NCBI GenBank assembly: GCA_965261595.1
Contig: CBDHDG010000006.1
Coordinates: 128,001-192,000 of the forward strand
Direction of reading: 5' to 3'
Length of the DNA stretch: 64,000 bases
Source: a bacterium
GTDB lineage: Bacteria > UBA8248 > JACPRG01 > G963555815
Made by a program: the position numbers and the translations under genes. Shown piece after piece: positions 1 through 10,938 of the stretch (its first letter is position 1; every line of letters begins with the position of its first letter). The notes below the pieces were generated by a model. That model was not told the origin of the DNA. It did not search any database and saw only the letters and a list, made by a program, of their open reading frames with translations.

Positions 1-700
1 CCAGGGGAAGCTTGGCGGCGCTGGCCATGCAGATATTGGGCGCGCAGCCGAGCACCGCCGCCACGGGCAGGGTCTTCATCCCCAGCTTCCTCGCCCGGCG
101 GAGGAGGAGGATGAGGTCGGACTGCTCGTAGGCCAGGAGGCCCGTCTTGTCCGGCGCCTTGAGGTGGGCCCGGTAGGTGCCCATGTTGCGGATGCCCGTC
201 TCGGGGTCCCGGGAAACCCAGCAGGCGGCCGTGATGAAGGGGGCCGGGTCGAGGCCGGGCGTGGAGATGGGGATCGGAAACTCGTCCAGCCCGCCGTGCT
301 CCCGCCCGAAGTCGGCCGCCAGGTGGACTTCCTCCTGGGCCGGACCGCCGGAAACCGTCTCGGGGGATATGGGATGATTCCGGGCCCGCACCCAGCGCTC
401 GGCGGTCTCCTCTTCCTTGCACCTCATCCCGAGGGCGTACATCCCGCGCGAGACGGCCGTCACCGCCACGGCCACGGGGGTCTTGAACTTCCGGCCGCGG
501 GCGTCCGTCACGTTCTCGAACAGGAACGCCTTTCGCCGCTCTTCCGGCAATCCCCGGAACTGCCAGCGGACGAGCGGCATGATCTCCGTGTCCTTGTTGA
601 CAGGCTCCGTGATGCGATACAGAAGGTCGTTCTCTTCCAGGGCGGCAATGTACTCCCGCAGGTCCCGGTAATACCCTGTGGACTTGTCCGCTCGACTCAT
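1..700 (-). CDS. UbiD family (prFMN-dependent) decarboxylase, N-terminal part; runs off the left edge of the window
   Basis: Translated by hand (not in the ORF track): ATG at 700 after a GGAGG RBS, MSRADKSTGYYRDLREYIAALEENDLLYRITEPVNKDTE...DEFPIPISTPGLDPAPFITAACWVSRDPETGIRNMGTYR, typical UbiD N-terminal and prFMN-domain motifs. Confidence 0.85.
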   Translation of the reverse strand, partial: MSRADKSTGYYRDLREYIAALEENDLLYRITEPVNKDTEIMPLVRWQFRGLPEERRKAFLFENVTDARGRKFKTPVAVAVTAVSRGMYALGMRCKEEETAERWVRARNHPISPETVSGGPAQEEVHLAADFGREHGGLDEFPIPISTPGLDPAPFITAACWVSRDPETGIRNMGTYRAHLKAPDKTGLLAYEQSDLILLLRRARKLGMKTLPVAAVLGCAPNICMASAAKLPL

Positions 701-986
701 TCCCGCCTCCGCTGTCGGGTGAAACATTCGGTGAAGGTGAAGGAGATCATAACATGTCGGCAGCGGAGGACGCTTCCTTCGGGTTCAGTCGAGACAAGGT
801 TTGAAAGGCGGCGATTCGACGCGGTAAGATTCGGCGATGGGCGCGCGAAGGCAAAAAACGGGGCCGGGCGTTACGTCCTGGATCAGAAAATGCCGGGGGA
901 GGGTGATTCTCGGCTGCTTGCTTTCGATGCCCGCCGCGTCGTCCGGTCAGGCCGGCGCGGGCGCGTCAAAGGGGGATCAAGAAAAA

Positions 987-1928
<942 letters not shown>

Positions 1929-2039
1929 GCGTAAGGGCCTCAGAAAGCACCCTCCGGGCGTTCCGGTTTCCCAACGGGTCCGGACACCCGGAGATCCCGG
2001 CCGCGGGGTTTGGACCCCCCCTCCCCCCCTCCCCCCCTG

Positions 2040-5000
2040 TTAAGCCGGTACGACCTTGACGCGCGTGTCGTAGAAGGAAGCGCTTCCGCCGATGACGTCG
2101 GAGAGGCAAACGTTTTTCAATCCCTCGTCGATGCGCATCGCGGCGTTGGGGCAAAGCCCGGTGGCCCGGCGCGGGTCCCCCTTGATGGTCTTGCCGTCCA
2201 CGACAATGTCCCTCGCCCCGTAGGCCCAGTGGCCGTAGTGCCAGGAGACCGCCGCCACGCCGGGGCGCATGCCCTCAATCGCCCGGACCCGCCCCACCAT
2301 CCGGACGCGGTCCCCGTTGCCGAGGTCCCATTCCCCTTTGATGTTCGTTTTGCACAGCAGGGCGGCCGGCTCTCCGTCCCGCAGACCCATTCTCAGGACG
2401 TCGCGCCGGTTCATGAGGATGAAATTCTCGGGCAGCACGGCGGTTTGTGTCCAGTAGTTCCCGGCCGTCCGCGAATGGCCCCCGGTGATCTCCTTGTAGG
2501 TGATCAACTGGAGCGGGAATTCTCTGTCTTCGACGACCTTTCCGCCGGCCTCGGTGACGGGGCGATACGCGGGCGCACCGGAAAACCGTTTGCCGGTCAT
2601 GGAGTCCTTCGCCCCGGCCACCCGCTCGATGTACAGGTTCAACATCCTCTGGAAAGCGTAGGCGGCTCTGCCGTTCTTGTAGGTCTTTCCGAAGTCCTCG
2701 TACCTTCCGCCCCGGTTCAGGAGGGTGACGACGCGCTTCCAGTGCGGCCCGGCCGCCTTCCGCCACTTCTTCGGGTCATAGACAGAGCGCGGCAGGTGCC
2801 TGCGGGCGACGGCGAAGAGTCTCATCTCCCGGGCGTCCGCATCGGGCAGCGCCTCGCCCGGCTTGTCGCTGGCCGCCAGGTTGGCGGCCAGCCTGAGGTA
2901 GTAATCCTCGGGCCGGACAAAATCTTGTCCGGGGCCGAACCCGTCCTTTCCATACCCGGGGAGGTTCAGCCGCTCGGCGACGGCCAGCATGAAGGACTCC
3001 ATGCTGATGGGCATCTCCTCTCCAAACACCCGCACCGTCTCGGTGATCGGCGCGACCGTGGGCTGCCGGACCTTGCTCGACTTCGAGAGCACGTCGGGCG
3101 TGGTGTGGGGCGTGCCCCACCGCTCCAGAAAGCTGAGGTCGGGGATGATGTAGTCGGCGTACATCGACGTCTCGGCGACCACGATGTCGCAAGCGACGAA
3201 CAAGGGCAACCGTTTCGGGTCGCGCAGGAAGTCGATGATCGCGTGCCCGGCCGGCGTCGCGAAGACCGGGGTCCCCATGTGGAGGAAAACGGCCTGAACG
3301 GGGTAGGGGTATCCGTCCTCGGCCGAAGGCAGGATCTCCTGGTAGACGTTGCTCGTGAACGGGAACCAGGGCCGTTTCGCCGGGTAGCCGGCGAAGAGGG
3401 TCGATTTCTCGTAGCGGGATCCCTCGCGGGTGAGTTTCACACCGAAGGGGGTGAGCTTCCCGGGATGCAGCTTTTTCTTGACGTTGAAAGGCCGGCCGGG
3501 CTTGTCGCCGAGCTCGTGCCAGTGGCCTCCCGCCCTGGATGAGACCGCCGCGATGATCGATGTTCCCCACGAGCAGGTTCAGGCTGATGATGGCCTGGGC
3601 CGTGTAGTAACCATGGGTGTGCTGAACGGGACCGCGGTACAACTCGGCGACGGCCTTCTTGCCGTGGGCGGTGAATTCGCGCGCGAAGTCCACGATGGTC
3701 CTGCGGGAGAGGCCCGCCAGGCGCGCCCACCGTCCGAGGGACTTGGCCTCGGCCCGTTCCTGGAGAATCCGGAAGGCGCTCACGAACTGGATCCCGTTCA
3801 CCTCCCCGGCCGCGTCGAGGTCGCCTTCAACGGGATTCATTTTGCCGTTCGGGTCAACGGCCAGAAGCTCCCCACCGCGCGAGACGACGAGCTGATCTTT
3901 GGGGCCGAGGCCGAGGTCCGCCGCCCGCAGGAACGCGCCGGGCGATCCGTCTGGCTCCAGACGCACCAAGTGTGTCGCGCCCGTCCAACAGGTCTCGCCG
4001 TCGGCCTTTGCGGCCGCCGCGTTCGCGTTTTCCAGGAATTTCAGGTCGTGGCGGCCTTCCTTGATGATCACGCGGATCATCCCCAGCGCCAGCGCCGCGT
4101 CGCCTCCCGGCCGGATGGGCGCCCAGCGCCAAGCCTTCGCAGCGGTCTTGGAGAGCCGGGGATCCACCACGGCGATCTTGAGACGGCCCGTCGAGAGCCC
4201 TTCGCACACCTTTTCGGCCATGTTCGTGGGGCCGAAGTTCGCCTCGAACGCGCCGGTGCCGAAAAAAATAATGAACTCGCTATTCGAGGAATCCGGTTTC
4301 ATGTGGGTCTTGCCGCCGGTCCACTTGCCCTTTTTGAACTGTCGGGTCATCTCCTTGTACGCGATGTGGTGGCTCTGTTCGCAGATGCTGGTGTGATCAA
4401 ACCGGTTGTTGCTCCCGAATCCGTTGAGGAGCCAGCGGTTGGCCCATTCTTTGCGGCCGTGCTCGATCCGCCCGAACAGGCCGACGAACCGGTTGTTCTT
4501 CGGACCGAGGTCCGGGTGCTCGGGATCGATCAAAACGTTCATGCGGTCCCGGTATTCGGCCCGGAAGGCCTCGGGGGTCATTTTCCCGTTTCCCACCTTC
4601 TTGGCGTCGGCCGCCATCGTTTTGGAGAGTTTCGCGTCCCGCAGGACGAACAGGCTGCGCAGACCGGGCGCGGTGCGGTCCCTTTCTCCGGGAACCTTCC
4701 GGAAGGTTCGGCCGCCTTCGACGATTTCCTCGACGGCCTGTTTAAAAGGGATGGACTCCCAACGGTTGGCGCCCCGCGGCCCCGCACGATTCAGCACCTT
4801 GCGGAGGCGGTGCGGATCGTAAAGGGTCTGGATCCCGGCCTGCCCCTTCGGGCAGAGCTTTCCGTCCACGGACGCGGCCTTTTCCAGACTCGTCGCCGTG
4901 GGGAGGTGCGGAAGCATCGTCTGCGTGCCGTAGGGGCTGCCGTCAATTTTCACGGCGACCCCGTCGAGGATTTTGACTTTAATGGGACAAGCCGTGTGGC

Positions 5001-5226
5001 ATTGGAGGCAAACAGAGTGAATCTGGTTCTCCGCCCGGGCGAGGGGGTGGATCGACCCTTCGGAGACCCCCGGCACGGCCGCCCGCGCCCGCTGAATCTT
5101 GTCGGCCATGAGCGCCGTTCCGCCCAGCAGCGCCGCGCCCTTGAGAACGGACCGCCGCGTCACCCGGCTTGAGCCGTTCGCCTCAAGCGGACGGGTCATC
5201 CGTTTCTTGTCTTCACTCTGCTCCAT
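2040..5226 (-). CDS. DMSO-reductase-family molybdopterin oxidoreductase catalytic subunit, TtrA/SrdA-like; one frameshift near 3530
   Basis: Tat signal TRRSVLKG, 4Fe-4S motif CLQCHTAC...CPKG, HTSICEQS, C-terminal MGD-binding domain. ORFs 2776..5226 and 2040..3440 join if one extra G is removed at GGLIQGG|GHWHELGDKPG, giving about 1060 aa. Confidence 0.85.
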
Positions 5227-5230
5227 CGCT

Positions 5231-6454
5231 TTAGACCTCCCTGACGTTCGCGCCGATTATCGGGAGCATGCGGAGACCCAGATAGAAAACGGCGATCCCC
5301 ACGGCAACCACGAACAAGGTCACCAGCCACTCCATGGCGCTCGGGAAATACTCGAAACCGAGCCGGCTGTCCCGGAAGGCGCTCTCCAGGGCCTTGAGCT
5401 CCGGAACCGCGAGACCCGGGATCACAATATTGAGCCGGACGGACAGAAAGGTGGTCGCGATGAGAAAGGCCGCCGTCCCCACGGCGGGGACGCGCCTCGG
5501 CCAGAGCAGCAGGATGGCGGCCGGAACGACGACGCCGAGCAGGACGTGCACGATCCAGAACACCCACCAGAAATCCCCGAAGAGGAGCACTTTGTAAGCA
5601 TCCACGTGGGCCGGGATCGATCCCCACAGGGCGATGGTCGCCTCCGCCCACTCCAGGAGAACGTCCAGGGCCAAAAAAGCCAGGGTCATCCGCCCGAGGT
5701 CGACAACCAGCCTGCGGTACGCCGGAGCGGCTTTATCGGGCCACACAAGGACCACTGTCACCGTCAGGAGCGCCGCTCCCGACGCCAGGGCCGAGACGAG
5801 AAACAGGATCGGATAAAGACCCGAGTGCCAGCATGGACGAGCCCCGATGACACCAAACAGGGCGCCGACCCCGCCGGAAAATGCAATGGCGAGAGCCACG
5901 CCGACGCCCCCGAGAACACGGAGGACCTTCGCGTCGCGCATCGCCGATTCCGGGCGGACGTCCCGCCGGCCGAAACACAGGAAATTCGACCACCCGGCCC
6001 ATGCGCCGCCGCTTGCGGCGCGGGCCGCCATGTCGGCCCGCAGGGAGAACCAGAGCTCCACCACCAGCAGGACGAAGTAGGCGGTGTAGAACCAGACCAT
6101 CCAGGCCATCATCGACAGGAAGTTGGGTTGGGTGTAAAAGCGCCAGAATCGCCCCATGTGGCCGAGGTCGAGCCAGATGATGAGCAGCGCGCCGACCAGG
6201 GTCGCCAGCGCCGTCAACAGCGCCATACGCCCGATCGGCTCGAACCGCTCGATCCGAAACACATAAACCAGCGTCGAGAGGAGAAACGCCCCCGCCGACA
6301 GGCCGACCAGGTAGATGTAGACCGCCACCCAGAGGCCCCAAGGGATGTAGCTGTTGTAGGCGGTCGCCTCATGCCCGGTCAGAAGGCGCTGGCTGACGCC
6401 GACGGCGCCCGCGGCGAACAGCGCCAGCCACAACAGAAACAGGAGCCGCTTCAT
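5231..6454 (-). CDS. NrfD/PsrC family membrane anchor and quinol-oxidising subunit (TtrC/SrdC-like)
   Basis: PWGLWVAVYIYLVGLSAGAF and DLGH..RFW motifs, about 10 hydrophobic segments, lies between the Fe-S and Mo subunits. Confidence 0.9.
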   Translation of the reverse strand: MKRLLFLLWLALFAAGAVGVSQRLLTGHEATAYNSYIPWGLWVAVYIYLVGLSAGAFLLSTLVYVFRIERFEPIGRMALLTALATLVGALLIIWLDLGHMGRFWRFYTQPNFLSMMAWMVWFYTAYFVLLVVELWFSLRADMAARAASGGAWAGWSNFLCFGRRDVRPESAMRDAKVLRVLGGVGVALAIAFSGGVGALFGVIGARPCWHSGLYPILFLVSALASGAALLTVTVVLVWPDKAAPAYRRLVVDLGRMTLAFLALDVLLEWAEATIALWGSIPAHVDAYKVLLFGDFWWVFWIVHVLLGVVVPAAILLLWPRRVPAVGTAAFLIATTFLSVRLNIVIPGLAVPELKALESAFRDSRLGFEYFPSAMEWLVTLFVVAVGIAVFYLGLRMLPIIGANVREV

Positions 6455-6464
6455 TTCGCACCTC

Positions 6465-7325
6465 CTAGAGCAGGTAGAAGACCTTGGGCGAGGTGCCCAT
6501 CTCTTCTTTCAGGCGCATGACATTGGGCCGGCCCATCAGCCCGCTCACGAGGCTGTCGGGATCGTTCGCGTCGCCGAAATACGTCGCCCCGCCGATGCAG
6601 GTCGTCACGCACCCGGGGAGCTGGCCGGCGTGGAGCCGGTGAAGGCAGAAGTGGCATTTCCGCACGTTGCCGATGGGAGAGCGGCCCCTCTTCCGTACAC
6701 GCTTTTTCCCGTATTCGAAGGACGCCTTTTTCTCATAGGGCTGAAGCTTGTCCCGGGGATTGTAGTTGTCCCCGAAGTCGAACGTTCGGGCGCTGTAGGG
6801 GCAGGCGGTGATGCAGTAGCGGCAGCCGATGCAAACGTCGTAATCGATGTCCACGATGCCGTCGGGGCGTTTTTTCGTTGCGCCCACGGGGCAAACGGAA
6901 ACGCAGGGCGGGTTGTCGCACTGCATGCAGGGACGGGGGATGAAGCGGCGGCTGACGTTGGGGTAAACGCCGATTTCCTCCTCCAAAACGGGCCGGTACA
7001 CCACGCCCGGCGGAAGCGCGTTCTCCACAATGCAGGCGGACGTACAGGCCGTGCAGCCCACGCACTTTCGAAGGTCGATCACCATGACCCATCGGCGCTT
7101 GCCGACGGGTTTTTTCAGGGCGCGGGCGAGCTCCCGCTGCATGCGAAGCAGGATGGACTCGCCCTCCTCCCGATCGGGAAGGGGGGGAAGGGGGGAAAGG
7201 GAGGGATTCGCCTCCCGGGCGAAAGCGGCCGGCGGCGCGACGGCCGCGGCCCCGCCCGCTGCCGCCGCCGTCTTCAGAAAAGCCCTCCGGCTGATTCGGC
7301 CGCGGCGTCCGTCTTTGTCGGCCAT
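6465..7325 (-). CDS. Four-cluster 4Fe-4S electron transfer subunit (TtrB/SrdB-like), Tat-exported
   Basis: SRRAFLK Tat motif; [42 protein letters not shown]...PGCVTTC; GGAGG RBS. Confidence 0.92.
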   Translation of the reverse strand: MADKDGRRGRISRRAFLKTAAAAGGAAAVAPPAAFAREANPSLSPLPPLPDREEGESILLRMQRELARALKKPVGKRRWVMVIDLRKCVGCTACTSACIVENALPPGVVYRPVLEEEIGVYPNVSRRFIPRPCMQCDNPPCVSVCPVGATKKRPDGIVDIDYDVCIGCRYCITACPYSARTFDFGDNYNPRDKLQPYEKKASFEYGKKRVRKRGRSPIGNVRKCHFCLHRLHAGQLPGCVTTCIGGATYFGDANDPDSLVSGLMGRPNVMRLKEEMGTSPKVFYLL

Positions 7326-7623
7326 CTCATCGCCTCCTCATGGATTTCCCATCCATGAATCCGTACACGGGGCGTAACAGAGCCTCTCCGGAATCCTCGG
7401 GACGAAGACCCGGGTCCTTTGGCTGTGGGTTCAATCGACTGTTCGGGAGTAAGGCGTCATGTGGAGGGCGAGGTGAACTTTTCGTTCGGTCATGCGAGGC
7501 GATGTCCACTTCTTGCGCGTCTTTGGAGCGAGTCATTGTTCCCTATCCCCGCAGGAGAAAGATCCCTTCTAGACTTTGAGATGCGTCCGATCTCCGGATT
7601 TCGCTATGATCCAAGTCAGCCAC

Positions 7624-7641
7624 TTGTGAAAAAAATCACAA
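7624..7641. promoter_or_regulatory. Palindromic operator TTGTGA-N6-TCACAA (CRP-type or Rex-type)
   Basis: TTGTGAAAAAAATCACAA, an AT-rich palindrome in GC-rich DNA about 300 bp upstream of the Fe-S subunit start. Confidence 0.6.
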
Positions 7642-7780
7642 ATGGGCGGATTCGCCCGTGGAGAACGCCGGCGGAGCCGGGCCGGCGTGCGGAGCGGCCA
7701 AGGGGAGGGAAGGGGGAAGGGTGCGCGCCGCCGCTTCATTTTTGCGCCGGTCGTTGCGGGAAATTCAGAAAGCGGGGTCG

Positions 7781-8890
7781 CTAAGGCCGTTTCGGCGTGA
7801 AGATTTCGGCGGTCCGAAGGACCTCGGTGTCGCTGGCGCCGCCGATCGCCAGCACCCGGCCATCCTCCAGGACGGTCGCCGTGAAAAGCCTTCGGGCTTG
7901 GCGCAGACGGGCCGGGAATTCGCTGAACCGGCCGGACCGCGGATCGAACCGCTCGACGCTTCGGAGCGTCTCATCCACCCCCCGCCCTCCCAGCAGAAGG
8001 ACCGATCCGTCCGGAAGGCGGACCGCGGCGTGCTGCTGCCGGGGCTTCACCATCGGACCGGACACGGGGATGAACGCCCCGGTCCCGGGGTCGAAGACCT
8101 CGGCCGAGCCGAGGGCCTTCTCGTTCCACCCCCCCGCAATCAGGACCCGCCCATCGCCCAGGCGCGTCGCGGTGTGACGCCCGCGGGGCTGGGTCATCCG
8201 CCCCCGCGTCGGCCGGAAGACGCTGTCCTTGGGGTCGTACAGCTCCCCGTATCGGGTCTTCGGGTTTCCACCGACGATCAGGATCCGCCCGTCGGCCAGG
8301 GGGGTGGCGGTGTGCTGCTGCCGGGCGAAGAGCATCCGGCGGGCGGGGACGAAGCGGTCCTCCGCCGGAAGGTAGCGCTCGGTGAAGGACAGGGCGGTCC
8401 GTCCGTTGTTCCCTCCGGCGATGAGAACGCTTCCATCGGCCAGGGGGGTGGCGGTGTGGTCGTAGCGGGGCGTGGCGAGCCCCCCGTGCGTTCGGACAAA
8501 GACATTTTTGGCCGGCAAAAACAAGGCGGCGGCGGAAAGGGCGGTGTCGGCGTTCAGCCATCCGCCGGCGTAGAGCGCCCGCCCGTCAGCGAGCAAAGCG
8601 GCCCCGGCCCAGCCCGAAGGCCGCGGAAGACGGGATGGAACGGGACGAAATTTCCCTTTCGCCGGGATGAATCGCTCACTCGACCGCAGCGGCCGGGTCT
8701 TCGTCAGGCCCCCCAGGACCAGGACGGAACCGTCTTTCAGCCTGAGGGCCACGTGCCCGTGCCGCGCGGCGCCGAGGTCCCCGGTCTTCGAGAACCTTCC
8801 CTCCTCGCCGCAACCCGCGAGGACGAAAGCCATCACCCACAGCGCCCGCCCGACGGGCCGCCGCCCCGAGCCCTTCCCCCGGCGCGGCAT
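7781..8890 (-). CDS. Kelch-repeat beta-propeller lipoprotein
   Basis: About six repeats of R..H.A..L.DG.VL..GG; lipobox VLAGC after a basic/hydrophobic leader; ATG 8890 chosen within ORF 7781..8968. Confidence 0.8.
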   Translation of the reverse strand: MPRRGKGSGRRPVGRALWVMAFVLAGCGEEGRFSKTGDLGAARHGHVALRLKDGSVLVLGGLTKTRPLRSSERFIPAKGKFRPVPSRLPRPSGWAGAALLADGRALYAGGWLNADTALSAAALFLPAKNVFVRTHGGLATPRYDHTATPLADGSVLIAGGNNGRTALSFTERYLPAEDRFVPARRMLFARQQHTATPLADGRILIVGGNPKTRYGELYDPKDSVFRPTRGRMTQPRGRHTATRLGDGRVLIAGGWNEKALGSAEVFDPGTGAFIPVSGPMVKPRQQHAAVRLPDGSVLLLGGRGVDETLRSVERFDPRSGRFSEFPARLRQARRLFTATVLEDGRVLAIGGASDTEVLRTAEIFTPKRP

Positions 8891-9011
8891 TTCGCGCGAG
8901 TCTTCGTGGACGCGATCGGCGCGGATCACAGTGATTCCTCTTGTCCCGCAGGACTTTGGACCATTCAAGATGACGCCCTGGATCTTTCAATTCAGAGTAG
9001 TGTCTCGCCTT

Positions 9012-9037
9012 CCGGCCGGGCAAGATGCCCGGCCTAC
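9012..9037 (-). repeat. GTAG-type REP palindrome
   Basis: Minus strand GTAGGCCGGGCATCTTGCCCGGCCGG; a related copy GTAGGGCGGCCATCTTGGCCGCC lies at 12727..12749. Confidence 0.6.
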
Positions 9038-9083
9038 CCGACGGTGGAAACCCGGCGTTTTCAAAACAGGTAGGGTGGGCGTT

Positions 9084-9117
9084 TGGGTCGGTTGACCCCT
9101 TGGGTCGGTTGACCCCT
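9084..9117. repeat. Tandem 17-bp repeat containing the GGGTCGGTTGACCC hairpin
   Basis: TGGGTCGGTTGACCCCT twice in tandem. Confidence 0.85.
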
Positions 9118-9209
9118 TGCCCGCCTTCTCCGCAATTTCTTTTGGAGACACTACCCTGAACGACAAAATAATATACGCTCTTGGGAGTGTCCGAAGGAGA
9201 GATGGACGA

Positions 9210-10142
9210 ATGATGAGATGGATTGCGCTGGGGGTGCTGGCCTGCGGGTTCCTGACGCCGGCAACGCTCCCGGCCCAGGGGAATTGGAAGCGCGAGGTCC
9301 GGGCGCCCACCCCGAGGACGGAGGTCGCCGTCGCCGTCCGGGGCGGGGAGATCTTCGTGATCGGCGGCCTCACCCGGCAAGGCGTCACGCGTCTCGTCGA
9401 GGTCTATCATCCCCGAAAGCGGAGGTGGCGAACGGCCGCTCCCCTGCCGGAGCCCGTTCACCATCCGGGAGCGGGTGTCGCGGGAAAGCGGCTTTATGTC
9501 GTCGGCGGGTTCGGCCGCGGGTCCTTCTGGGCCGGGGTCGACACCCTCTACGAATATCTCCCCCGGCCGAACGTCTGGAAAAAGCGCGCGTCCATGCCCA
9601 CCGCCCGGGGGGCCCTTGGGGTCGGCGTCATCGACGGGAAGCTCCACGCCGTGGGGGGGAGGAATCAGCGGGGCGACGTGGCGGCACACGAGGTTTACGA
9701 CCCGGCGACGGACACCTGGAAACGGCTCGCCCCGATGCCGACGGCGCGGGACCACCTCGCGGCGGCCGTCCTGGGGGGGCGGCTTTACGCCATCGGAGGC
9801 CGCCTGGGGTCGTACGCCCGGAACCTCGGCGTCAACGAGGTCTACAATCCCCGAACCGATGCCTGGGCGGCCCGCCGGCCGCTCCCGACGCCGCGAAGCG
9901 GGATCGCCGCGGCGGTCCTGGACGGCCGGATTTTCATCTTCGGCGGAGAGTCGATGGAGGGGACCTTCGCGGACAACGAGGGCTACGACCCCGGCCGGGA
10001 CCGGTGGACAAAGTTCGCCCCGATGCCCCGGGCGCGGCACGGCCTGGGCGCGGCGGCCTGGGGAGGCCGGGTCTTCGTCCTGAGCGGCGGCCCGACACCG
10101 GGCGGCTCTTACAGCGGGGCCAATGAGTCTTTCGCACCCTGA
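9210..10142 (+). CDS. Secreted Kelch-repeat beta-propeller protein
   Basis: Signal peptide MMRWIALGVLACGFLTPATLPAQG; about six Kelch repeats (GG...YDP..D.W...APMPT.R); AAGGAG RBS. Confidence 0.85.
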   Translation: MMRWIALGVLACGFLTPATLPAQGNWKREVRAPTPRTEVAVAVRGGEIFVIGGLTRQGVTRLVEVYHPRKRRWRTAAPLPEPVHHPGAGVAGKRLYVVGGFGRGSFWAGVDTLYEYLPRPNVWKKRASMPTARGALGVGVIDGKLHAVGGRNQRGDVAAHEVYDPATDTWKRLAPMPTARDHLAAAVLGGRLYAIGGRLGSYARNLGVNEVYNPRTDAWAARRPLPTPRSGIAAAVLDGRIFIFGGESMEGTFADNEGYDPGRDRWTKFAPMPRARHGLGAAAWGGRVFVLSGGPTPGGSYSGANESFAP

Positions 10143-10292
10143 GGAAGCCGAAGCGTCCATTGAGCCGGCCCCGGGGTTTGGTTGGGAATTTTTCCAGGTG
10201 CGCGGCGTTCAAAGGGTTGATAAGTTGTCGAAGGGGATCGGTCGCCGCAACCCGCCGGTCCGAAACGGGAACGGAAGGGAGTCGCATCCCGC

Positions 10293-10847
10293 ATGACACC
10301 CAAATCGAGCATTCGTTTTTTATCGCTGGTCATCCTGGCGGCGGCGCTGACGGCGATATCCTCCGCTCCGCCCGCCCTCGGAGGGGACAAGAATCATTTT
10401 TCCGCCCTCCGCATGGTGCGGTTCGCCAAGCCGGTGTCCACGCCGGAGTTCCGCCTCAAGGACCTGGAAGGGAAAGAAGTGTCCTTTTCCAGGTTCGAGG
10501 GCAAGGTCATTCTCCTCAACTTCTGGACGACGTGGTGACCTCATTGCTTGCGGGAGCGGCCGGCTCTCGAAGCGCTTTACCGGAAGTACAAGGACAAGGG
10601 CCTGGAAGTGGTCGGGATCGCGATGGACAAACAGGGCAAAGCCATCGTGGCCCCCTACCTGAAACGGAACCCGGCGACGTTCAGCAACCTGCTCGATCCC
10701 GATTCGCGCGTCGCCCGGATGTTCTCCGTCCGCGGCACGCCCACGAACTTCCTGTTCAACCGGAAGGGTGAGGTCATCGGGGGCTCGGTCGGCTACCGGA
10801 ACTGGTCCAGTCAAGACGCCCACGTGCTGATCGAGAGTCTCTTGTAG
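10293..10847 (+). CDS. TlpA/ResA-like thiol-disulfide oxidoreductase, selenoprotein (Sec82, U-P-H-C)
   Basis: ORFs 10293..10538 and 10548..10847 are in one frame. TGA at 10536-10538 occupies the first Cys position of LNFWxTW-CxxC. N-terminal signal/anchor, RGTPTNF cis-Pro motif, followed by ccdA. Confidence 0.9.
10546..10573 (+). promoter_or_regulatory. Candidate bacterial SECIS element
   Basis: GCTT-G-CGGGAGC/GGCCG/GCTCTCG-AAGC: 11-bp stem with one bulge and a G-starting loop about 20 nt after the UGA. Confidence 0.7.
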
Positions 10848-10938
10848 AGCGACTCGGCGGCTGCCCGCCGGGGCCATCGGAATCACCCTCTTCACGGCCG
10901 AAGCCAGCCGATCTTCAGGCGGAAGGACGAAACGGGTC

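Noticed and set aside
9084..9117. Short repeats as a CRISPR array
   Set aside because: Only two adjacent units with no spacers and no cas genes.
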